From positions 558,001-622,000 of the forward strand of contig NC_092674.1 in NCBI RefSeq assembly GCF_964355755.1: 64,000 nucleotides of DNA. Reading direction: 5' to 3'. Positions within the stretch are counted from its first letter, which is position 1. The number at the start of each line of letters is the position of its first letter. Both the position numbers and the translations under genes were made by a program. The stretch is from Antedon mediterranea. Lineage: Eukaryota > Animalia > Echinodermata. Below, piece after piece: positions 31,861-43,317 of the stretch. Below the pieces are notes generated by a model. That model had not been told where the DNA came from. It ran no database searches and saw nothing but the letters and a program-made list of their open reading frames with translations.

Positions 31861-33230
31861 AAAACCAAAGAGTCAGTCCGTCAGTCATGTATTTCAATAC
31901 AATTCAATTCAATTATTTCTTCAAGCACTCTGGCTCGGAAAATGGTGTTTCTTGTCACGTATATAAAACATCAAAAATGTGAAAAAATTTGTAAAATACA
32001 GTACGACACCAAGATTTAAAATAAAAATATAAAGGGGAGCTGAATCCATCGTGCCGAGTTAATTTTAAAATTCCACCATTTCAATTGTCAGTTATACGGC
32101 ACCAAAACAGTTTTCTTTGGTTATACATGCAGATAGAAACTCCATAGGCAATTTTATAGAGGAAATATCTTCTTGATAGTATAGGCCGCGGCGCTACCAT
32201 AATTTATATATATTAAAATTAGTTTCACTTCCCAGTTTGGAGTTTGCCCTCTAGCCAATCAGTCTAAAACACTTGTCGGGTATACCATAGAGGGCAGCAT
32301 ATACAAATCCTAATATAAAAACAAAACATATGAAACGCCATTTGTGGCAAATATTTATTTTTATTTTCCAATACCAACATTCACTGTCACGCTGGAACCT
32401 AGAACGTCATCATGTCCACAACCTTTCGTTTTGAATAATCTTCAATCCGATAATTATTTGCATATGTTATAACACGTGTTTTAGCAAAGATTTGAATTCT
32501 TCACATTCACATATGCCTAAGTTGTGAAAAAAAGTACATAAAAAAAAAACATAAAGATGTATTGTGCCCCAAAAATATGAAACATGACGATTTTATTTTT
32601 AATAAAGTTATTCACTTCTGTAGAAACAATTCTTTCAGTTGTAAAAGACAAACGAAACGGTTAATTTTAACTAAAAACATTGTCTGGCAGACAATTTAAG
32701 TTTTTTTTTTCAGGTAAATAATTTTTGTTCCAGTTTTTGGTCAAAGTGAATAATTATCATGTGACATTAAAATGGCATATAATATTTATTTAGGGGAAAA
32801 ATAAATCTTTAACAGGAAAAATAGCTATTTTATGAGTTTCATAATCTATTATTTCTAAATGATGTTTACTTTTACTCACTCTATCACTAAATACAAAATG
32901 CAAATAAGTAATTAGGCCAAATAAAGTATACGTATTGTTATCTATAACTAACACACAGAAGCCAGATGCCATTATTTTTTGCTCTGATTTTAATCTCTCA
33001 AAATAAAATGTTAGTTCTGAAATCATCGATACAAACAAACATACCAAAGTTCTATGGGTACTTGTCTATGTTGTGTTTGCATAGTCACATACTGATGTGC
33101 AAATACAAACATGGGTGATTACTTAAAACGGGATTTATCTTTTTGAATATTTAATTTAATGTAATTTAAGGTCAATCTACAATGAGACTAGATTTAGTCA
33201 GTCACTAGTAAATAGAATACAAATACAATT

Positions 33231-35058
33231 TTAATTTTGCAGATGACTTGTATTTTGTAAACAAGAATCGGTAACCAAATTAATAAAACCAGCTTTATGT
33301 AAAATTGTAAACATTTTAAACTCCTCAGGCATGCGATGTAAAGTGGAATAGTTCATTGTCCTTTCCTCAAAATAATGATGCTTTAGTTCTCTTCCATTTG
33401 GTGATTTGTGAAATGGATAGAAGCCATAGAGAGAAACTGTTTTGCACAACGATGCTGCAACGGTGTAAAGAAACAGACCTGATGAAGGAGATGTTATGTT
33501 CCAGAAGCTGTAAAAAAGAACAAGTCTTTTAGTGCTTTATAGCTTTGATTCTAACTGTTGATGATTGTGATTATGACTAAGGTTGGATAGATTTTGCTTG
33601 CTTACCTTACTATTTCAGCTCCGATATGTCTATAAGGGTATGCTATTTTTGATCGTATATTGTGTTTATACAGTTGTGATATAACTCCAAGATAAGTTCG
33701 TTTTCTATATCTCCCAAGCTTACTCAACCAAAGAATTGAAGTTTTATAGTCTGCAAACCTATTCAACATTTCTTTGTGACATTTATCCGATTCATTATTA
33801 AAACACGCCAAAGCGATAGTAGCTAGTTCCCCATTTACACTAGCAAAATCAGTTTTTGTTCCAACATCATTTTCAAACCCTTTAATTGGTGCCAAGTTTG
33901 ATCTCATCACAAAATCATGTGAATCTATCTCCTGTCCACACGAACTACTGAGAAGTATTCCAGAATTTCCAATTACTGCACATGTATCTTTTTTACCAAT
34001 AGTTGATAACGTGTTTGGCGTGGCATTCCAAGTTGAACGTTGCAGCAACTGGTAGCTAACATGTATAATTTTTCTTGTTTTTATTCTTCTTTTCTTGGGC
34101 TTCTCTATCAAAATGGTAAGGTTGTGTGGAAATAAACGTTTCAACGAGGATAGTCTGGAAAGTAGAATAATAATTTGATTGGTTGGACTGAATTAATAGA
34201 ATGATCACTATAGTATTAATAATTTGTACAAATCGTTTGGTCTAAATCAGTCGATGAAATGTTTTGTAACATTTGAATATATCAGAAAAAAAGTATTAAA
34301 GTACTAATGTCTTATGGTCCATTGGTGTTTATCCTGCTTACTTACTTTTGTTCGATTGTTGAGTATACCATTGAATTAACATTGAAGAATGGTAATTGTT
34401 CTAGTGTGTCAAGCTGAACAAAAAAGGTGTTGCCGATACTATGGAATAAGAATACGATACACTTCGATTTCTGTTGTTATTGGACAAAATTATTAATCTA
34501 TTATTCCGTTTTTGCAATAAGAATAGTAAGCTACCAAATTGAAAGAATACAGCATTTTTTAGAAGTTATATATGTTTGATAGGTATGTATTTATAAACAT
34601 AACAATTGGTCTTTCTTTAGACTAAATTGATTAGATGAATATTTTTCTCTCGTACTTACGCGCGACTACATCCGCCAACATGAGGCTGATTTGTGTAAGA
34701 CTTGGGTGTGTGATGTGCAAAATAAATATATTCAATTGTAAGTGCTGCTGAAGAAAACACTAAAAAACACAACATTTGAAGTATTTTCCAGCGTGTAGTC
34801 GACCTGAAAAGTAATTTCAATTATTGACACAAAATGTGTTCAGAAATGTGTACAAGCTGGTGGAACTGGACTAATAGTGGCGAGTACAGAATACATATTT
34901 ATATATTAACGATAAATAGAATTCATTATGCTGGTGGACCCAAAGGATAGTTCACATCATACTCAACCCATTTGATCGCAGGTTTTACACGGAAATGTGT
35001 TTCTCGTATAAAATTGGTTTACTCTAATAAGAAAACAATTATAGTTTTATACTTACAT
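33231..35058 (-). CDS. Alpha-2,8-sialyltransferase-like protein (GT29, ST8Sia family), copy A, intact, about 354 aa
   Basis: Exons 35057-35058 (AT of a split ATG), 34660-34803, 34346-34438, 33606-34154, 33231-33507. N-terminal signal-anchor. Sialylmotif [40 protein letters not shown], motif S PSSGLFLYTVAASLCKTVSLYGF, motif III HHYFE, motif VS HRMPEE. C-terminal Cys typical of ST8Sia. Confidence 0.9.
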
Positions 35059-37119
35059 TTTATCTTGAAAGTGTAATTGACTGATGTAGGTATACTGTTG
35101 TGTGTTCGTCGATATTGCAGCTCTTTCAAATAATTTGGACATTGGACTACTTTCTTGAACTCTGATTGGTTACGCTTTTTCATCGCAAAAGGTAGCCTAG
35201 ATAGTTAAGTGTGAATGCAAATGCGCAGAAAACAATACATTCGATTCGAGTTAATACACTTTGAATTTCCTCTTGTGGAAAATGGCACAGGATAGCTCGG
35301 AATAAGCTAAAGTTTCTATTAGGTCACTACAATTTCTCCACTTCGAACGTTTACATAATTGACAAAATAGACGACAAAGTTTAATATGTAGCTAAACACA
35401 TTTATTGTTATATTTATTCATGTAGGCCTATTTATTTATTCATGGTCAAACACAGTAAAATATGTACATGGTTTGAGATTATTCATTTGTTTAAAATTAA
35501 AAAAAATCACATTAAAATATTAAATGAGTTAAAAAGGTTAAAATTCGGTAAAATACAGATAAAAACGTACGGCAGGACTATAAAACATTGTCGTTTACAG
35601 AAACAAATAAATAGACACAATGATTTATGTAGTCAACCAAAATTAGCACCTAGAAACTTGTCACAAAATGAGTCCAAATTTGTTATTTGGACTCATTTAA
35701 ACAAACCCAATGTTGTATCTATTAGAGTTTAGGGTTTTGTATCTAACATTAGAGTTGAGCGTTGGGGATGAGGATAGGTACAAAGAGGAACAATTTTTTA
35801 ATATATTCTTTATATTAAATTATTCTTTATATTTCTTTATTATCCACTCAGTAACGAAATATTTTTTTTATAGGCCTATAAATAATATACCACTAAATAG
35901 AGTAAAACATTTCCGATTTAATACTTTATTAAAACTGTCACTGTCTCATGGTCGATTAAAATAGTAAAGTACATTTAAAGACCACTAATACGTTAATATT
36001 TTTGTAATTATTAATTAATACAAACGTTGAGAAACAACTGACAGTAATAAAGTATTATATTATTATGTGTTTATAATCTAAAAGTAGGGGCTACCCACAC
36101 TCACAGTGATAAAGTTTATTAGTATATTTGTTTATATTATATCTAACAGTACCAACACACTTTTGATTCAAATGGCGATCAAAAGTGGTTTAAAATACCT
36201 ATTTGCAGTATTGTATAGCATTACAATACTATACTATTTCTGTTTATTCTCCAAGGGTCTATACATTTACCTACTTGTGTTAAAACATGGAGGTATGCAA
36301 GTATGGTTAAACCAAATAATTTGGAATGTTCTATTCATTGCAAATCAATACATTTGTATAAACGTATATTAAATCAAAATAGTATTTTTTAAAGAAAATC
36401 GGCCTGTCTTCAACATTATGATGCTGTACTCTAGCTGTTCAACCGGTTGTCAGCTATTAAAAACAATTATCGTAGGAGGAGATAGGAAAATGCGAAGCCT
36501 CCTCGCATTTTTGTGGCGGGTATTTTTCAAGATGGGCATCTATTAGACAGTGTATACCACGATCGGAAAACACCCCTATTTGGGGCAAATCGTTGAACCT
36601 AAATTCGTTTTAATCGTCAATAACTAATTATCTAACTTAATTTAATTAGTAAACAGGGTTACATCAGGTGGTTAAAATCAGTACCGAAAGTACGAACCAA
36701 CTTTATATACCATCGAGTAAAAATTCTAGAAGTAACGCGCGATTTACCGAATTTTGCCCTTACGTAAATTTATATATAGATTCATTCTTATGAATTTTCT
36801 AAAATACTATATAATTATGTTTTTAAAATTTAAATTAGTAATGTTTTCAATGTTTTCTTTTGAATTTGGTGAGTCCAATAGAAATATGGTTTTTTATTAA
36901 ATTTGATTGGGTTATCCTCAGTTCTTTCAGTTAATATTGTTTTTTTGTACATTTTCTTTTTTTTTTTAATGTGTCTGTTCATAAAATAGAAGGACGAATA
37001 TTGATAGAATTGATGATGAATAGAATAAAATGAAATATGCAAAAAACCTTTGGCCTATGTTATCAATTTGATGAATACAAATAGCATTCATCGTCTTCCT
37101 TATTAATATAAAAGCAATG

Positions 37120-40100
37120 TTAATTTTGTAAACAAGAATCGGTAACCAAATTGATAAAACCAGCTTTATGTAAAATTGTAAATATTTTAAACTCCTCAGG
37201 CATGCGATGTAGCGTGGAGTAGTTCATTGTCCTTTCCTCAAAATAATGATGTTTTAGTTGTCTCCCATTTGGTGATTTGTGAAATGGATAGAAGCCATAG
37301 AGAGAAACTGTTTTGCACAACGATGCTGCAACGGTGTAAAGATACAGACCAGATGAGGGAGAGGTTATGTTCCAGAAGCTGTAAAAAAGAACAAGTCTTT
37401 TTTTACTTAAAACATATTTTTTATTATATGTGAACTTTATTCAATCAATCATACATTTGTTATAATGGTAACCATAATAAGGTATAATATTACAGTAGAT
37501 TTTTACACAAAAAAAACAAAAACAATATAAATATTAAAAATAAATTATAAATAAAATAATAAAATATATACAATGATTATTTACAGTAATGATAATAATA
37601 AAAATTAATTGTTTATATTATATATATATACTGACAAGTTTAATTAGAGGTTTATAATCAATGGAAAAGATGAAAACCTATAATACTGTAAGTATTAAAA
37701 GTAGCGGATAGCGTTTAGGAAGATTACTGTATATTGGCAATGGGCTACAATTGAACATGGTTATAAGCAAAAGTTTTATATTGATTGATTGAATCGAGCA
37801 TTACTATAAGCAAAGCTTTAAAATGTGATGTCCTATTTAGGGCCTAGACAAGATAAAAACACATCAGGTATAGGTATTGTTTTACATGTTTTAGTGCTTT
37901 ATGGTTTTGACTGATGATTGTGATTATGACTACGGTTGTAGTCATGGATTTTGCTTGCTTACCTTACTAGTTCACCTCCAATAAGTCTATAAGGGTATGC
38001 TATTTTTGATCGTATATTGTAGTCATAAAGTTGTGATATAACTCCAAGATAAGTTGGTTTTCTAATTTTGCCAAGCTTACTTAACCAAATAATTGAATTT
38101 TTATATTCTGCAAACCTATTTAACATTTCTTCGTGACATGTATCAAATACATTGTTAAAACACGCCAATGCGTCAGTAGCAAGTTCAGCATTAAAACTAG
38201 CAAAATCAGTTTTGGTTCCAACATCTTTTTCAAACCCTTTAATTGGTGCCAAGTTTGATCTCATCACAAAATCATGCGAATCTATCTCCTGCCCACACGA
38301 ACTACTTAGAAGTATTCCAGAATTTCCAATTACTGCACATGTATCTTTTTTACCAATAGTTGCTAACGTTTTTGGTGTGGTCTTCCATTTTGAACTTTGA
38401 AGCAACTGGTAGGTTGCATGTATACCTTTCTTTGATTTTTGTTGTTTAGGCTTCTCTATCAAAATGGTAAGGTTGTGTGGAAATAAACGTTCCACGAAGG
38501 ACAATCTATAAGGTAAAATAATAATACAAACTATTCAATTCTAGTTGGTTATCCGTTACAACCCACTGTTATCTATTTTTATAGGCTGCTAATTACTTAC
38601 TTTTGTTTGATTGAAGATAATTATATTTGAATTAGCATTGAGCTGACTGCATGCCGAATACAATTCATTCGAATTTTCATCAAATTAATGCAAATAAAAA
38701 CGGAAAAAAAGAATATAAGTTAATGAACATGTATATATATATATATCTTTAGTTTTACCGTTTTATGAGCAAGTTTTAAAGGGTTTTTAACTTTTTTTCT
38801 ATAAAAAAAAAGGACCATACGTAAACAGGTGCTGCATCTATACCGTTTAAAAAAAATAGATATAAACAAATATCAATACCATTAGCATATATTATGTTAT
38901 ATTTTCAAAAACAATACAACTACAATGAATATACTCATGTAAACAAGCTAGCAATGAATGTATTCGACTCAACGAATAGTAGATGTCTAAAGTCCAGGTG
39001 GAATAGCATCCTAGGATGAGAGTGCGTCTTATTGTACTTTGTCACTCATACTTTGTTTAGTTAATGTATACACAATTATGTTATTTTCTATGGACCAAAG
39101 ATTCCAAAATGAAAGATGAATAAATACAAAAAAGAATGAATATATTGTTTTAAGGTAAACATTTGAAAATCGATCCAAATGGTGCTTTGCATATCGGAAA
39201 AAATTATATAATTATATATAAAAAATGTATGACTGAACTCGATTAGTTGGAAGTATTTTCTACCTCCTTCCTTGGTTTATATTTGTTATCATTGTTATTA
39301 CTTCTATACACACACTCGCACTGAGGAAGGGCTAGTGTTGCACAAACCTCTCTCGCACTGAGGAAGGGCTAGTGTTGCACAAACCTCTCTCGCACTGAGG
39401 AAGGGCTAGTGTTGCACAAACCTCTCTCGCACTGAGGAAGGGCTAGTGTTGCACAAACCTCTCTCGCACTGAGGAAGGGCTAGTGTTGCACAAACCTCTC
39501 TCGCACTGAGGAAGGGCTAGTGTTGCACAAACCTCTCTCGCACTGAGGAAGGGCTAGTGTTGCACAAACCTCTCTCGCACTGAGGAAGGGCTAGTGTTGC
39601 ACAAACCTCTCTCGCACTGAGGAAGGGCTAGTGTTGCACAAACCTCTCTCGCACTGAGGAAGGGCTAGTGTTGCACAAACCTCTCTCGCACTGAGGAAGG
39701 GCTAGTGTTGCACAAACCTCTCTCGCACTGAGGAAGGGCTAGTGTTGCACAAACCTCTCTCGCACTGAGGAAGGGCTAGTGTTGCACAAACCTCTCTCGC
39801 ACTGAGGAAGGGCTAGTGTTGCACAAACCTCTCTCGCACTGAGGAAGGGCTAGTGTTGCACAAACCTCTCTCGCACTGAGGAAGGGCTAGTGTTGCACAA
39901 ACCTCTCTCGCACTGAGGAAGGGCTAGTGTTGCACAAACCTCTCTCGCACTGAGGAAGGGCTAGTGTTGCACAAACCTCTCTCGCACTGAGGAAGGGCTA
40001 GTGTTGCACAAACCTCTCTCGCACTGAGGAAGGGCTAGTGTTGCACAAACCTCTCTCGCACTGAGGAAGGGCTAGTGTTGCACAAACCTCTCTCGCACTG

Positions 40101-40771
40101 AGGAAGGGCTAGTGTTGCACAAACCTCTGAAATTTATTCTGCCTTGTTTGACTTAGGTTTTTCTTTTTCTATCTCCATTGAGATCAATCCATCAATACCC
40201 ACAAAATTGTCATTTTTTCAATAATTTAATTTTGGATTATTATTATATTAATATTAGAAATATTGAATTAAACATAATATGAATGAATAGGTCTGTATTT
40301 ATCTGTTACATTCATAAAGTATTTCACTTTAATTCTAATTCAATTTTCTTTCTTCTTCCATAAAATTTAAAAAAATAGTGGAAAATGACATTAACATAAT
40401 GACATACAAATTATTATATCGTACTTACATGCGACTGCTTTCACCATCAACATTATGAGACTGATTCGTGTAAGACTTTGGTGTATGGTGTGTAAAATAA
40501 ATTAATCTAATTATGATAACTATTGAAGAAATCATCAGAAGACTCCGTACTTTCCAGCGTATAGACCTATCAAAATATTAATTTGATACATTATTTAGGC
40601 GTTGCTTTTAAGAAAAGATATAAACAAACCATTTACCATGTTACAATCAATACATTAATGGTAGGAGATCTCAAACTCATCTGATTTCACTCTGTTTTGC
40701 TCGATCACATTATGTTTTACATTTAATTCTTTCAAATTAATTTAATAATGAATTGAAAAAAGTACTTACAT
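37120..40771 (-). CDS. ST8Sia-like sialyltransferase, copy B; catalytic exons intact, stem exon 3 frameshifted (functional only if it is skipped)
   Basis: Exons 40770-40771, 40429-40566, [38601-38646], 37963-38505, 37120-37378. All sialylmotifs are present. Exon 3 (46 nt) breaks the phase, whereas exon 2 joined directly to exon 4 is in frame (about 313 aa). Confidence 0.8.
39315..40128 (+). repeat. 37-bp minisatellite, 22 copies, derived from a degenerate hammerhead-ribozyme motif
   Basis: Unit CTCTCGCACTGAGGAAGGGCTAGTGTTGCACAAACCT. A single-copy counterpart lies at 45274-45313 in the paralogous intron. Confidence 0.95.
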
Positions 40772-41288
40772 TGTTGTAAACATTTAAGAATGTAATTGTA
40801 GTTTCTGTTTTTGTGTGGTGGGGCAAACGATGGCACTTCTCGGGGAAAACAAACGAGTATGGACATTGGACTATTTCTAATTGAAGGATTACAGCGACGA
40901 CGGTCTCAATTTTATTATCAGGCCCACGTTGTTTAATTCAGGCCTTCGAGGTTTGTTGTCGTCAATAGAGGTGTCGTCAATAGAGGACGCAACACAAGGG
41001 CGTCGTACGCAAAAGTGACAACGATCACCGATTGCGCTGCGTGCTTTCCATTGCGTTACGTCTTTTGAGGAAATCTAGCTTGGAACTTAGTTACTTTTGT
41101 TCCAAAAAAGTTTTTGAACAATCTATGCATGAATTTCTTTCCTCCAATGTCCACCAGAATAATATACCAATATAATATTGCAATATTATACATTAGTTTA
41201 TGAATGGTATTTTTATTGACAATAGCCATTTCTATAGAAGTACAAATATAGAAATTACACAAAAAAACAAAGTGGCACATGAAACAAC

Positions 41289-42758
41289 AAGGCCAACAGC
41301 CATAAGTCGCGTGCTAAAACGCATAGTGATACCGGACCGACAGACAGACCGACAGACCGACATAGTGAACTCAATCAATCAATCAATCAATCAAAGTAAC
41401 ATTTATTTCTCTTCTTGTCTTTCATAGAAAATAAAAATTAACAGTAAATATGATTAAAATAAGATGGGCAACTTCCTAAAAAGCGAAGCTTGTATAAGGC
41501 AGCCCATAGAAACTGAAAAAAAAACCAGGACAACACGGGAACCGGAAACAGGACAAAAACAGTAATGAAGACTTTTAGTTTCAGGGTACCGAAAAGACTA
41601 AATATCAAAACTACAATGAGTGAAAGGATAGGATAATTAAACATAACTAGATAAGAGGTGCCGTTTCAATTTAAAAGAAAACTCTTCTTAGACAAAGCAC
41701 TTTTTATATTAACTGGTACGTTACCGTATCCCAGAGTTTAGGACCAGTGAACTTAATGCTATGTTTAAAAGAAGTAGTTTTAAAAAAAGGAATACGTATA
41801 TGATTTGCGCTCCGAGTTTTGTGGTTATGAAAATTAAGATCGAAACTAAATAAATCATCAAAGTGTGATGGCAGGATCGAGTTTAGCCATGAATAGAGGA
41901 AAACACTTTGTTGAAGATGGTTACTATCCTGAATTTTAAGAAGACCAAATGAAGAAAATAAAGGATTGGAATGGGATAAGGAGGAGCATTTGCTATGTAT
42001 CTTACGGTTTTCTTTTGGATCAATAACAGTTTGTTTAACTAGGACAGGTATGTATTACCCCAAATAATATTACAGTAAGTGAGGTAAGGGAGGATTAGTG
42101 AACAGTAAAGAATCCGGAGTATGTTTTTGAAGGATGAAAGATGATAATCTATATATGATACCAGAACTTTTGGATATTTTGTTTTCGACTTGAGTAATCT
42201 GATGTTTCCAATTTAGCTTACTGTCCAGATAAACACCAATAAATTAAGTTTTCTCAACAATAGGTATTAATTAATCTTTAATTTTTAGTTTGAAAGTACT
42301 AGTATTTAGTGGTATTTGTGAATTTTTGAACACCATACAACAGCACTTCTTTAGATTAACAGAAAGTTTGTTTGCAGAAAAGTATGTTAAAATTTTGGGT
42401 AGATTTTCGATTGATATTTTAAAAAGGGAATCTATATTTTTATCAGTGTAAATTAGGGTTGTGTCATCAGCATACAACAGAAAAGAAAACATATTTGAGG
42501 CATTATGGATATCATTTATGTATAATAAAAATAATAGAGGCCCAAGCAGGGAACCTTGAGGGACTCCACAAATAATAGGAAGAAAATCAGAAAGGGTGTG
42601 TTTAAATTTAGTGCATTGCTTGCGGTTTGAAAGGTAGCTTTTGAATAAATTATATACAGGGCCACGGATTCCATAATTATGTAACTTATATAATAAAATA
42701 TCGTGATCAATTGTATCAAAGGCCTCAAACTATTGAGTCGCGTCCACGCGACTAAAAA
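41289..42758 (-). mobile_element. DINE-1/HINE-like (Helentron-associated) element split by the LINE
   Basis: Minus-strand order: TTTTT, AGTCGCGTGGACGCGACT hairpin, (GTCG/GTCT)n microsatellite, 3' subterminal repeat CACGCGACT, then GGCTGTTGGCC stem-loop followed by TT. Confidence 0.65.
41372..42727 (-). mobile_element. 5'-truncated non-LTR retrotransposon (CR1/L2-group RT remnant)
   Basis: Minus-strand translation AFDTIDHDILL...CGVPQGSLLGPLLFLLYIND...LYADDT...LSVNLKK...GVYLDSKLNWK with a stop and indels. (TTGA)n 3' tail and AACT flanking duplication. Confidence 0.9.
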
Positions 42759-43317
42759 CATAACAATTGTTGTAGTTATTTGAGTGTCATAATATTATTA
42801 TCTCTAAACGGTGTAGGCCTACTTTTATTGACGGCGTGCAAAACAGAGTAACGTTAGAGTAAATAAAATACAAATGTAAATAAAAATGTATTTTTGCTTA
42901 TATTGATAAAACGAGTTTAATTTATCCAGATAAAGGGAATTGTGAGTATTTATTATATTTTTAATTTCTGAAATCATCGATCCATCAAACTTACGAACGA
43001 TTTTATGTACATAGTTTATCTTTATGGTGTTTGTGTAGTCACATACTGATGTGCAAATACATAGGTTAATAATTAATGTAATAATGTAAACGATTATCAC
43101 ATAGGCCTATTTCAGTTATGTTATTTAATGTTAATCTTGTACTACTTTTAGCTTGATTTAATAACCAGTGAAAAGTACAAAATGCGTTTAGCCTATGTTA
43201 TCTGAATATTGTTAATATTATAGTGGGAATCCAGGACATTTTTATTTTTAAATAGAAAATAAAGAGACCAAACTGATAATATCATTAATCGTCTTCCTTA
43301 TTAATACAAATGCAATG

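Noticed and set aside
39315-40128. CRISPR-like 37-bp repeats
   Set aside because: No unique spacers, no cas genes and a eukaryotic intron context.
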